From the NCBI GenBank assembly GCA_965247095.1, contig OZ251997.1, forward strand, positions 3,392,001 to 3,456,000: a DNA stretch of 64,000 nucleotides, given 5' to 3'. Position 1 is the stretch's first letter, and every line of letters begins with the position of its first letter. The translations under genes were made by a program, and so were the position numbers. The notes under the pieces are model-generated. The model worked only from the letters and a program-made list of their open reading frames with translations. It was not told the DNA's origin and ran no database searches. This document shows positions 9,719 through 21,074 of the stretch, one piece after another. This DNA is from Candidatus Multivorans sp. (GTDB lineage Bacteria > Acidobacteriota > Thermoanaerobaculia > Multivoradales > Multivoraceae).

Positions 9719-10801
9719 TTACTTTCCGCCCTTCTTCTTGGTTGTCTTGGTTGGCGCCGGGTTGCCGACCCTGCCGGTCGTGATGCGGCCGCCCGCGCCG
9801 TCGTCGCCGGATCCGGGAACGATCTCCTCAGGGCACCCGCCGCCGGGTGGAACCATCCAGTCGCACCCCGGCGTGTTCCCCGGGCCGTCGTTGTGGCACG
9901 CGAGGAGGGCCGCGTAGTCGGCCTTCAGGGTGCCCGGCTTGCGTGGCGGCATGAAGTCGTTGACGTGCGTCTGGCCGGCTTCCAGCAACTGGGCGGTTCT
10001 GGTCGGCGCCCGATGGCAGTTGAGACAGGCGTTGCCCTCGATGTGCGGCGTCCTGAGGTCCCAGTGCGTTCCGCCGACCACCCAGTAGGGCGCTTCCGGA
10101 TCGACCCACTGCGGCAGGACGGGCTCGCTGGGATCGGACGGAAGCCGGGCGCCGTCGATCCAGGGGTCGTGCAGGAAGGCGTTGTTCTGGTGGCACTGGG
10201 TGCACTGGACGCCGTCGGGCGGCGGGATCCAGGCGTTGTCGAAGTCGTCGGAATCCGGCCCCGGGAGCTTCCCGGCCAGGAGACCCTTGTCGTCGAAGTG
10301 GAGGTAGTCGGCCTGTGTGAGGTCGCCCTTCCCGTCGGGCGATTCGAAGAAGCAGGTGGCGCCCGTGGTCTTGTTGTGGCCGATCATCTGAACGGACGCG
10401 ATGCCCCTCTCGAAGAGTTCCCGCCCGGCCGACCGGCAGAAGTAGACCCACACGACATCGTCCAGGGGGCTGCCGTCGGCGGCAGTGCCACCGACCCGGC
10501 CGACCCTCGAGCCGACGAAGCAGTTGCCCTTGAAGTCGGGCGTGTCGCACTTGCGATAGCCCGGATCCTCGAACACCTCCGCGCCATCGACGCGGATCGG
10601 GATCCGCACGCCCGCGCCGCAGTCGACCGTGGGTGGCACGCCGACGTGCTCGCTGCACATCGCGGCGTACTCGGACGCCGTCTCCGGCATGGTCAGCACC
10701 TTGCCGCCCGGCACGCAGGCGTCCTGAGCGAATGCTCCGGGCTGCGCCGTGAGCGTGAGCAGCAGGGCGGCCGCCGCCGCGCAGAATGATCGAAGCCTCA
10801 T
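9719..10801 (-). CDS. Secreted Cys-rich protein with two CxxCH heme motifs
   Basis: Signal peptide ending AFA-Q; CTQCH and CLNCH. Confidence 0.7.
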   Translation of the reverse strand: MRLRSFCAAAAALLLTLTAQPGAFAQDACVPGGKVLTMPETASEYAAMCSEHVGVPPTVDCGAGVRIPIRVDGAEVFEDPGYRKCDTPDFKGNCFVGSRVGRVGGTAADGSPLDDVVWVYFCRSAGRELFERGIASVQMIGHNKTTGATCFFESPDGKGDLTQADYLHFDDKGLLAGKLPGPDSDDFDNAWIPPPDGVQCTQCHQNNAFLHDPWIDGARLPSDPSEPVLPQWVDPEAPYWVVGGTHWDLRTPHIEGNACLNCHRAPTRTAQLLEAGQTHVNDFMPPRKPGTLKADYAALLACHNDGPGNTPGCDWMVPPGGGCPEEIVPGSGDDGAGGRITTGRVGNPAPTKTTKKKGGK

Positions 10802-10827
10802 TCCGTTTCCCTGCAACCAGTGTACCG

Positions 10828-10850
10828 AACTTGTAACAGTGTCTCAACTT
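10828..10850. promoter_or_regulatory. Putative TetR operator, copy 2 (AACTTGTAACAGTGTCTCAACTT)
   Basis: About 27 bp upstream of the di-heme gene start; 18/23 identical to 2441-2463. Confidence 0.6.
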
Positions 10851-10926
10851 GGATCTACGGCCTCGGGGGAGGACAAGGCCCTTCGGCCGGGAAGTGACGC
10901 CTTCGGCTACCGCCGCGCCCAGCCGC

Positions 10927-11328
10927 CTACACGAGCGTCGCCACGCCCTCGGCGGCGGCCGCTTCGGTCAGGCGCCGGTCCAGGCTCGCCAGAGCGCAGC
11001 CTTCGCGAATCGCCAGCGCCAAGTAGCTGGCGTCGTAGGCCGTCAGGCGGTGGTCGCGCGCCAGCGCCATGACGTGCCGGTCGTCCGCTTCGCCGGGACA
11101 GCGGATGGGAAGCCGGCGCAACCGCGCCATGGAGACGTCGGCGTGGCGGTTGTCGATCCGCCCCCGACGTTCGGCCGACAACAGTAGATTCCGCAGCTCG
11201 TGCCAGAACACGTCCGGTACTTTTGCCGTGTCGTTGCCCAGACGGTCCAATGCCAAGTCGGCCAGCACTGCTTCCTCGTCCGGCAGCACCCAAGCGGCCG
11301 CCACCGAGGCGTCGGGAACGAATGCCAT
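10927..11328 (-). CDS. vapC: Type II TA toxin, VapC/PIN family
   Basis: FVPDASV...ELRNLL...LTAYDASYLALA...LASLDRRL. Confidence 0.88.
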   Translation of the reverse strand: MAFVPDASVAAAWVLPDEEAVLADLALDRLGNDTAKVPDVFWHELRNLLLSAERRGRIDNRHADVSMARLRRLPIRCPGEADDRHVMALARDHRLTAYDASYLALAIREGCALASLDRRLTEAAAAEGVATLV

Positions 11329-11570
11329 CAGCGCGTGTGCCCTTCATGGCGCCAGGACAGGAGTTCCGAGGTCGTCACCGCACGCTGTTTCGCCCGTTCC
11401 CGGCGCAGCGTCGCGCAGAGCGCGGCATGCTCCCGGCCGTCGACGAGCGGCGTCACATGGGCAATCGGCCTTGCGCCGCGGCAAAGGACCAAATCCTCAC
11501 CTGCCTCCACCTCCGCGAGCAGCGCCGAGAGGTGCGTCTTGGCTTCACCAATCTTCACGTAGCGTGTCAT
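11328..11570 (-). CDS. Type II TA antitoxin, Phd/YefM family
   Basis: VKIGEAKTHLSALLAEVEAGEDLVL; stop overlaps the toxin start. Confidence 0.88.
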   Translation of the reverse strand: MTRYVKIGEAKTHLSALLAEVEAGEDLVLCRGARPIAHVTPLVDGREHAALCATLRRERAKQRAVTTSELLSWRHEGHTR

Positions 11571-11622
11571 GTTCTTCGTATCCTCATCAGCCCAGCCCGA
11601 GAGAAGACTAGGCTCGGGACGT

Positions 11623-11636
11623 CACTTGGTCAAGTG
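11623..11636. promoter_or_regulatory. Inverted repeat CACTTG-GT-CAAGTG, probable TA autoregulatory operator
   Basis: Perfect 6-bp arms about 50 bp upstream of the antitoxin start. Confidence 0.4.
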
Positions 11637-11674
11637 CTTGGTTCGGTCCGGGCCAGGGGCTTGGAACCAGCTTC

Positions 11675-13660
11675 ATGGGGGGCCCACCCCATGCGGCGCA
11701 CGCTGCGAGTCACGGCTTCGCTATTGTGCCGACCGTGTACGGCGCTTCTCCCGCCTTGACCGCCGCCCCCCGGCCCCGCCTGGCCGCTGCGCGTCAGGCC
11801 GCGGTAGCGGTCCTCGGGGCGCTGTGGTGTCTGAGCACGGCCGGCGTACTCGCCGCCCAGCCGAGCTCCGGCCCGAGCCACGCGATCGCCTACTTCGGTG
11901 AACCGAAGTACGCCGCGGCCATCCCCCATTTCGGCTACGTCCATCCCGACGCTCCCAAGGGCGGCGAGATGCGCACCTGGCTTCCGGGGACGTTCAACAA
12001 CCTGCACCCCTACGTGGACAAGGGCCGCTTCGAGATCTACAGCACCTGGCGGGTCCGAACGATCACCTTCGATCGCCTGATGATGCCCTCCGAGGACGAG
12101 CTCTCGAGCCTCTACTGCCTGCTGTGCGAGACGGTGGAGGTCGCCGAGGACTACCGTTGGGTGGCCTACACGCTCCGACCCGAGGCGCGGTGGCACGACG
12201 GCGTGCCGGTCACGGTGGACGATGTCGTGTGGACTTATCAGACCCTCAAGGCCGACGGCCCGGTCAGCTTCAAGGCGGCCTGGCGGCACGTGGAGGGCAT
12301 CGAACGCCTCGGGGAGCGCTCGTTCCGCTTCCTCTTCGGCGCCGTCGGGAGGAGCCGCAGATCGGTCATGGAGGCGTCCTCCTTCCTGACGATGCCGAAG
12401 CACTACTGGCAGGACCGGGACTTCACGGCGACCACCCTGGCGCCGCCGCTCGGCAACGGCGCCTACCGGGTCGGCGCGGTCGACCCCGGCCGGCGGATCG
12501 TCTACGAACGGGTCGACGACTACTGGGCGAAGGACCTCAACTTCAAACGCGGGCACCACAACTTCGATCGCTTCACCGTCCTCTACTTTCGCGACATCAA
12601 GGCGGGCATCCAGGCCCTCAAGGCCCGCGTGGTCGACTACTACCGCGACCAGGATGAGCGGGAGGTCGCCACCGCCTACGACTTCGCCGAGGTCGATCTT
12701 GGGCTCTTCAACAAGGAGACCTACCGGATGGGGACGACCTACGGGATGCACTGGTCGGTCGTCTTCAACACCCGCCTGCCGCAGTTCCAGGACATTCGCG
12801 TCCGCGAGGCGCTGACCCTGGCCTACAACTTCGACTGGGGCAACCGGACGCTCCAGTACGGAGCGCTGCGGCGCAACAGCACGTTCTTCCTGGGCTCGGA
12901 GATGGCGGCGCGCGGCCTGCCGTCGGCCGAGGAGCTGGCGCTGCTCGAGCCGCTGCGGGAGCACATCCCCGAGCGCGTGTTCACGCACGAGTTCACCCTG
13001 CCCACGAACGACGGCTACGGCCGCAACCGGGAGGCGCTGCTGCGGGCTGGGAACCTGCTCGACGAAGCCGGCTGGGTCGTGCGCGACTTCCGGCGCGCCA
13101 ACGCGGCGACTGGAAAGCCGCTCCGGTTCGAGATCATGGTCAGGCTCAGGGAGCACGAGCGCATGCTCGTGCCCTACGTCGAGAATCTGAAGCGGCTCGG
13201 CGTCGAAGCGACGGTCCGCCGGGTCGAATCGAACATCTACACGAACCGCGCGCGCCACTACGACTTCGAGCTGACGATGCAGAAGATCTGCACCCACAGC
13301 ATCCCGCAGCCGGCCCGTACGCGCAGCCACATGCACTCCGAGAGCGCCGACCTCCCGAACCTGTTCAACTACCCGGCGATCCGCAACCCGGCGGTGGACG
13401 CCCTGGTCGAGAAGGTGATCGCGGCCGAGACCGAGGAGGAGATGAACATCGCGGGCCGGGCGCTCGATCGGGTGCTGCTGTGGAGCTTCTACGTCATCCC
13501 GGAGGGCGCCCCAAAGGGCCGCCACCTCCTCTACTGGGACCGCTTCGGCCATCCGCCCCTGGGGCGCGAGCACATGAACTGGACCGGCTTCCCGCACCTC
13601 TGGTGGTTCGACCAGGAGAAGAGCGATCGGGTCGACGCCGCTCTGGGCGAGACCCGCTAG
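11675..13660 (+). CDS. yejA: Peptide ABC transporter substrate-binding protein (YejA-like); true start probably slightly downstream
   Basis: HAIAYFGEPKY...HFGYVHPDAPKGG, ARWHDGVPVT, RALDRVLLW motifs; first gene of the operon. Confidence 0.8.
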   Translation: MGGPPHAAHAASHGFAIVPTVYGASPALTAAPRPRLAAARQAAVAVLGALWCLSTAGVLAAQPSSGPSHAIAYFGEPKYAAAIPHFGYVHPDAPKGGEMRTWLPGTFNNLHPYVDKGRFEIYSTWRVRTITFDRLMMPSEDELSSLYCLLCETVEVAEDYRWVAYTLRPEARWHDGVPVTVDDVVWTYQTLKADGPVSFKAAWRHVEGIERLGERSFRFLFGAVGRSRRSVMEASSFLTMPKHYWQDRDFTATTLAPPLGNGAYRVGAVDPGRRIVYERVDDYWAKDLNFKRGHHNFDRFTVLYFRDIKAGIQALKARVVDYYRDQDEREVATAYDFAEVDLGLFNKETYRMGTTYGMHWSVVFNTRLPQFQDIRVREALTLAYNFDWGNRTLQYGALRRNSTFFLGSEMAARGLPSAEELALLEPLREHIPERVFTHEFTLPTNDGYGRNREALLRAGNLLDEAGWVVRDFRRANAATGKPLRFEIMVRLREHERMLVPYVENLKRLGVEATVRRVESNIYTNRARHYDFELTMQKICTHSIPQPARTRSHMHSESADLPNLFNYPAIRNPAVDALVEKVIAAETEEEMNIAGRALDRVLLWSFYVIPEGAPKGRHLLYWDRFGHPPLGREHMNWTGFPHLWWFDQEKSDRVDAALGETR

Positions 13661-13683
13661 CAAACGCCGCCTGACGCCCACGC

Positions 13684-14757
13684 ATGCTGCTCTACATTCT
13701 GCGCCGTCTCGTCCTGATGGTGCCGACGCTGGTCGGCGTGCTGCTGGTCAACTTCGTGATCATTCAGGCGGCGCCGGGTGGTCCGGTGGATCAGGCGATC
13801 GCCCGCCTGCAGGGAACCGGAGTCGATGCCGGCGCCAGCGTGCTCGGCGGCGGCGCGGGTTCGACCCTGGAGGCCGAGCTCGCCGCGACCGGCGGCATCG
13901 ACCCGGCGCTGATCGAGGAACTCGAGCGGCAGTTCGGCTTCGACAAGCCGGCGCCCGTCCGCTTCTTCATCATGCTCCGCGACTACCTGCGCTTCGACCT
14001 GGGCGAGAGCTTCTACCAGGACGTCCCGGTCATCGATCTCATCCTCGATCGGATTCCGGTCTCGATCTCCCTGGGGCTCTGGACCCTGCTCATCGTCTAC
14101 TCGGTGTCGATCCCGCTCGGCATCCGCAAGGCCACCGCCGACGGCTCGCCGTTCGACGTCTGGTCGAGCGTGGTGATCCTCGTCGGCTACGCGATTCCGG
14201 CCTTCATCCTCGCCGTGCTGCTCATCGTGCTGTTCGCGCGCGGCGGCCTGATCGAGTACTTCCCGCTGCGCGGCCTGGTGTCCGACGACTTCGCCGACCT
14301 GGGGCTTTGGGCTCAGGCGAAGGACTATTTCTGGCACTTGGCGCTGCCGATCACGGCGCTCGTGGCCGGGAGCTTCGCGACCCTCACGATGTTGACCAAG
14401 AACTCGTTTCTCGACGAGGTCCACAAGCAGTACGTGCTGACGGCCAAAGCCAAGGGCCTCCGGACCCGCCGCGTGCTCTACGGCCACGTGTTTCGCAACG
14501 CGATGCTGATCGTGATCGCCGGTTTCCCGAGAGCTCTCGTCGGAGCGCTGTTCACCGGCGTGCTCCTCGCCGAGATCATCTTCTCGCTCGACGGCCTGGG
14601 CCTCCTGGGCTTCGAGGCGATCGTCACGCGCGACTACCCGATCATCTTCGGGACCCTCTACGTTTCGACCCTGCTGGCCCTGGTGCTGCAGCTCCTCACG
14701 GACATCACCTACACGCTCACCGATCCACGCATCGACTTCGAGAGCCGAGAGGTTTGA
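13684..14757 (+). CDS. yejB: Peptide ABC transporter permease YejB
   Basis: YILRRLVLMVPTL...APGGPV, LTKNSFLDE, HVFRNAML, DPRIDFE. Confidence 0.88.
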   Translation: MLLYILRRLVLMVPTLVGVLLVNFVIIQAAPGGPVDQAIARLQGTGVDAGASVLGGGAGSTLEAELAATGGIDPALIEELERQFGFDKPAPVRFFIMLRDYLRFDLGESFYQDVPVIDLILDRIPVSISLGLWTLLIVYSVSIPLGIRKATADGSPFDVWSSVVILVGYAIPAFILAVLLIVLFARGGLIEYFPLRGLVSDDFADLGLWAQAKDYFWHLALPITALVAGSFATLTMLTKNSFLDEVHKQYVLTAKAKGLRTRRVLYGHVFRNAMLIVIAGFPRALVGALFTGVLLAEIIFSLDGLGLLGFEAIVTRDYPIIFGTLYVSTLLALVLQLLTDITYTLTDPRIDFESREV

Positions 14758-15799
14758 GCAGCCCGGTGCCAGTCGCGCCCAGCCTCGGCAGGAGGAGATG
14801 GGCTGCCTTCAAGGCCAATCGGAGGGGCTACTGGTCGCTCCGGGTCTTCGTCGTCATCTTCGGCGCCTCCCTCTTCGCCGAGTTCCTCGCCAACGACAAG
14901 CCTCTGGTTGTCCGCCATGAGGGCCGCTTCTATCTGCCGATCGTTTCGACGTACTCGGAGGCCGAGTTCGGTGGCGTGTTCGAGGTGGAAGCCGACTACC
15001 GGGAGGAGTTCGTCAAGGAGCTCATTCGAGGCAGCGATGGATGGATGATCTGGCCGCCGATCCCGTACGCGCACGACACGATCGACTACGAACTGCCCGG
15101 TCCGGCCCCGTATCCACCGTCCCGCCAGCACTGGCTGGGCACGGACGATACGGGCAAGGACGTGTTCGCTGGTCTCATCTACGGGATCCGCCTGTCCTTT
15201 CTGTTCGGGTTGGTGCTTACCGCCCTGAGCTCGATCATCGGGGTGCTGGCGGGCGCCGTGCAGGGCTATCTGGGGGGCAAGGTGGACCTCTTCGGCCAGC
15301 GCCTGATCGAGATCTGGGCCGGGCTGCCGATTCTCTTCGTCCTGATCATTCTCGCCAGCATCGTGGATTCCAACGTCTTTTGGCTGCTCGGGATCCTCGT
15401 CGCGTTCAGTTGGATGGCGCTCGTGGGCGTCGTCCGGGCCGAAGTGCTGCGCGCTCGCAACTTCCAGTACGTGACCGCCGCGCGGGCCCTGGGGGCGGGG
15501 GACGGGAGGATTGTCCGCCGCCACGTTCTGCCCAACGCGATGGTCGCCACCTTCACCTTCCTGCCCTTCATCCTGACCGGGTCGATCACCCTGCTCACCT
15601 CGCTCGACTTCCTCGGCTTCGGCCTGCCTGTCGACTCGCCCTCGCTGGGGAGGCTGCTCGCCCAGGGTCGGGTCAACCTGCACGCCCCGTGGCTGGGCCT
15701 CGTGTCCTTCTTCACGCTGGCCACGCTGCTGACGCTCGTGATCTTCATCGGCGAGGCGCTGCGCGACGCCTTCGATCCCCGAAGGACGGGGACGCAGTC

Positions 15800-15803
<4 letters not shown>
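14754..15803 (+). CDS. yejE: Peptide ABC transporter permease YejE
   Basis: TTG overlaps the yejB stop; FKANRRGYWSL, HWLGTDD, EALRDAFDPR. Confidence 0.85.
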
Positions 15804-17536
<1,733 letters not shown>

Positions 17537-17732
17537 CAGCGGCAGGGCCGGCCGGCCTGAGCGATGCGCTTGCCCCTGGACAGTTGTCGTCGGACCGCCG
17601 CGGTACCCTGGGGCCGGCCAGATCGACCAAGGCGGATTATCTCCATTAACAACGAAGAAGATGCCGACAAATTGATGTTTGAGCCAAAATATGCCACGAT
17701 CACGTAATTATTGGGATCACAGGAGGGACACC

Positions 17733-19019
17733 GTGCTTGTTTCATTCGCCGTCACGAACTACGCTTGCTTCAAGGATCGCCAGGAACTCACGCTGGTGCC
17801 ACCGCGCAAGACTGACGACGACGAGTTCGCGTTCGACACCGGCGTGCGGCGGGTTCCCCGACTCCACCGCGCCGCTGCTCTCTACGGCGCGAACGCGAGC
17901 GGGAAGTCACGGCTCATCCAGGCGCTCGCGTTCGTCGACTCGTTCGTCATCGGCTCCTCAAAGCGACGCCAGACAGGTGAGGGGATCCGCCACGAGCCGT
18001 TCCGGTTCGACGCCGACAGCCGGTTGCGTCCCACGACCTTCGAGATCTCGTTCATCGAGGCAGGATCCGTCTATGAGTACGGCTTCTCGGTGGACAGCGA
18101 ACGCGTCCACGAGGAGTGGCTGCTGCAGTGGCCGGCTGGGGGGCGGCAGCGAATGCTGCTCGATCGAGAGTACGACTCCGCTACGGGCAGTGAGTCCTGG
18201 AGCTTTGGCGCCTCGGTCCGTGGCGAGAAGAGAGCCTGGCAGGCGAGCACAAGACCGGACACGCTGCTCGTCTCCACGGCTGCTCAGTTGAATAGCGAGG
18301 TCTTCACGCCGGTCGTCGAGTGGTTTCAGCGGAGTCTCCGTGTCGTACCTTCGGGAGGCCTCCCTCCTGCCGTCACGATCGCGACGATCCACGGCGATGA
18401 GCGGGCCACCGACAGAGTGCTGGGGATGCTCCAAGACGCCGACATCGCCGTTTCCTCCCTGCGAACCCGTAAGGAGTCGGTTCGAGTAGATGACCTGCGC
18501 CCCAGCCCTCCACCGGAGATTCTGAGGGAGTTCAAGGATGCCGGCCACACGACTGTGAATCTCTGGGAGGCCGATCTCGGCCACCGACCTGAGGGGTGTA
18601 CCGAGACCCATTTTCTCGACTTCGATGACGAGTCGGAGGGCACCCGACGGCTCCTTGCGCTCGCGGGTGTGTGGCTCGACATCCTCGACAACGACCTCGT
18701 GGTGGTCGTTGATGAGTTGGACTCCAGCATGCACGCGCACCTGACCGCGGCCCTCGTCAGCCGGATCAACAGCGCTCCTCCGGACGGTGAAAGCCGGCGC
18801 GCTCAACTCATCGCAACGCTCCACGACACTTCACCGATGAAGAGTGCGCTGGATCGCGACCAGATCTGGCTCACCGACAAGGACCCGACGAAGGAAGTGT
18901 CTAGCCTGACGCCGCTGAGCGTCTTCAAGCCGCGCCGGCGCGAACCCCTTGACCGCGGCTACCTCGGTGGCCGCTACGGCGGCGTGCCGGTGATCGCAGA
19001 GTACGGCTACGAGAGGTGA
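17733..19019 (+). CDS. AAA/ABC-type ATPase (RloA/AbiEii-like)
   Basis: GTG after AGGAGG; YGANASGKS, ESEGTRR, VVDELDSSMH, YLGGRYGGVP. Confidence 0.85.
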   Translation: MLVSFAVTNYACFKDRQELTLVPPRKTDDDEFAFDTGVRRVPRLHRAAALYGANASGKSRLIQALAFVDSFVIGSSKRRQTGEGIRHEPFRFDADSRLRPTTFEISFIEAGSVYEYGFSVDSERVHEEWLLQWPAGGRQRMLLDREYDSATGSESWSFGASVRGEKRAWQASTRPDTLLVSTAAQLNSEVFTPVVEWFQRSLRVVPSGGLPPAVTIATIHGDERATDRVLGMLQDADIAVSSLRTRKESVRVDDLRPSPPPEILREFKDAGHTTVNLWEADLGHRPEGCTETHFLDFDDESEGTRRLLALAGVWLDILDNDLVVVVDELDSSMHAHLTAALVSRINSAPPDGESRRAQLIATLHDTSPMKSALDRDQIWLTDKDPTKEVSSLTPLSVFKPRRREPLDRGYLGGRYGGVPVIAEYGYER

Positions 19020-19022
19020 TCA

Positions 19023-19631
19023 ATGGCCCGCCGACACTGGCCGCGGACGAAACCGCGCCGACCGCCGCGGTCGTCCAAGCCGAGGATTCTGATTCTCTGC
19101 GAGGGCCAGAAGACGGAACACATCTACTTTGCCGCCTTGAAGGTCGAGATGAGACTGCCCAGTGTCCGCGTGTGGCGTCTCTCCAAGGTAAGGGGACTTC
19201 GCGGTTTGACGGCGGCTGCCGACGAAGCCCGCCGGAACGACCCTGGCCTCGACGAGATCTGGTGCGTGCTCGACCACGACGGGCGCGAAGAAGAAGTGCG
19301 GAAGTTCCTTGTCTGGCACGAGCGTGCCCGGAAGAGTCGGAGCCGTCAGAGGATCGAGGCCGTGATTTCAGACCCCTGCTTCGAGTACTGGCTGCTACTT
19401 CACTTCGAGTACACGACCCGGTCCTTCGACAAAGTCGGAGGCTGCGAACAGGTCACTCAGATGCTGCGGAGGTACGAGAACGACTACGAGAAGGGGGACC
19501 GTCGCTTCTTCGAAGGCCTTGGTGGCCTCCGCGACCAGGCCATCCAGAACGCGGCGCAAGCCGGTAGAGCGGGCCCGTCGCCCGCCACCGACATCGGCCG
19601 CCTGATCGAACGCCTTCGTGAACTCCACTGA
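19023..19631 (+). CDS. RloB family protein
   Basis: ILCEGQKTEHIYF, WCVLDHD, SDPCFEYWLLLHF. Confidence 0.85.
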   Translation: MARRHWPRTKPRRPPRSSKPRILILCEGQKTEHIYFAALKVEMRLPSVRVWRLSKVRGLRGLTAAADEARRNDPGLDEIWCVLDHDGREEEVRKFLVWHERARKSRSRQRIEAVISDPCFEYWLLLHFEYTTRSFDKVGGCEQVTQMLRRYENDYEKGDRRFFEGLGGLRDQAIQNAAQAGRAGPSPATDIGRLIERLRELH

Positions 19632-19751
19632 TCTGCTGATCCCCGACCGAAGATCTACGGCGGAAGCTACGAGAACTCCCGGTCCATTCTCGTCCGCAAT
19701 TCCGGGCCTACGCGACCGCGTCTCAGCGAGGCGCCTCCGCTCCGTCACCGG

Positions 19752-21074
19752 TCAGGCGCCCCGGTCCCGGTCCCAGGCGAGGCGTCCGGCGACGAACACG
19801 GCGCGCACCGCCCGATCGTCGCCCAGGAGGGCGAGTGCGTACAGAGTGTCCTCGAGGTTCTCGGAAAGGGCGTGGCGGTCGCGCATCACCGGTGTTGCCG
19901 CCGGATCGAGGACCACGATGTCCGCCCAGCGGCCGGGTTCGAGACACCCGATCTCCTCGTCGAGACCCAGCAGCCTGGCGTTGCCCCGGGTGGCGGAGTG
20001 GAAGAGGTCGTGGGCGCCGAACTGGACCCCTCGAAGCAGGGCCGCCTGGTAGGCGGCGCCGAGCGTGTGGAGCATCGAGTAGCCGGTTCCGGCGCCGACG
20101 TCGCTTCCCACCCCGATGCCAACCGGACGTTCCGGGCGGTTGACCAGGCTCCGGTCGAAGATCCCGGAGCCCAGAAAGGAGTTCGCGGTCGGGCAGTGGA
20201 CCACCGTCGTGCCGGTCTCGTGGAGCCGCTGGCATTCCCGTTCGCCGAGGTGGACTCCGTGGGCAAGAAGCGTGCGGGGCCCCAGCAGGCCCGCCCGGTC
20301 GTACACGTCCGTGTAGTCGAGCGCCTCTGGGAAGAGTTCCCGAACGCGAGCGATCTCGGCCCGGCTCTCACCGAGATGCGACTGCACCAGAAGCTCGGGG
20401 CGCGAGGCCGCGAGTTCGCCTGCGAGCCGAAGCTGCTCGCCGCTGGAGGTGATGGCGAATCGAACCGTGATCGCGTAGCGAAGGCGGCCCCGGAGATGCC
20501 AGCGGTCGGCGAGCGCTTCGCTATCGGCGATGCCCGCTTCGGGATCGTCCCGCAGGCCGGCCGGTGCGTTGCGGTCCATCATTGTCTTGCCGGTGACGAT
20601 GGCCATGCCCCGCGCTTCGGCTGCGTTGAACAGGGCTTCGGCAGCTTGCGGGTGGACCGAGGAGAAGGCGACCGCGGCAGTCGTTCCGTGCTGGACCAAC
20701 CGCTCCAGGAACACCCCGGCTGCCTCGGCGGCGTGGGCCGGATCCTGGTAGCGGAGTTCCTCGCGCCAGGTGAAGCGGTCGAGCCAGTCCAGCAGATCTC
20801 GGCCGGGTGCCGCGAGCATCCGATACTGGGGGAAGTGGACGTGGGCGTCGATGAAGCCGGGCAGGACCAGCGCGTCGCCATAGTGGTCCTGAGGGAGTTG
20901 CCCGTACTGCTCCGGCAACGCGGCGGCGTCCCCACGAAAGGAGATGCGCCCCTTCCCGTCGACCGCAACGGCGCCCTGAGGGTGGAAGTCGACGGCCTCC
21001 GCCGGGCCTGCGGCCGCTGGATCGGCGCGGTAGGTCAGGACCGCTCCGCGGATCACCCGCCCGCTGTCCGTCAC
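19752..21074 (-). CDS. guaD: Guanine deaminase
   Basis: PGFIDAHVHFPQ, LLDWL, RFAITS, HLGES, SDVGAGT, LGDDRAV; downstream of xdh genes. Confidence 0.9.
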   Translation of the reverse strand: MTDSGRVIRGAVLTYRADPAAAGPAEAVDFHPQGAVAVDGKGRISFRGDAAALPEQYGQLPQDHYGDALVLPGFIDAHVHFPQYRMLAAPGRDLLDWLDRFTWREELRYQDPAHAAEAAGVFLERLVQHGTTAAVAFSSVHPQAAEALFNAAEARGMAIVTGKTMMDRNAPAGLRDDPEAGIADSEALADRWHLRGRLRYAITVRFAITSSGEQLRLAGELAASRPELLVQSHLGESRAEIARVRELFPEALDYTDVYDRAGLLGPRTLLAHGVHLGERECQRLHETGTTVVHCPTANSFLGSGIFDRSLVNRPERPVGIGVGSDVGAGTGYSMLHTLGAAYQAALLRGVQFGAHDLFHSATRGNARLLGLDEEIGCLEPGRWADIVVLDPAATPVMRDRHALSENLEDTLYALALLGDDRAVRAVFVAGRLAWDRDRGA

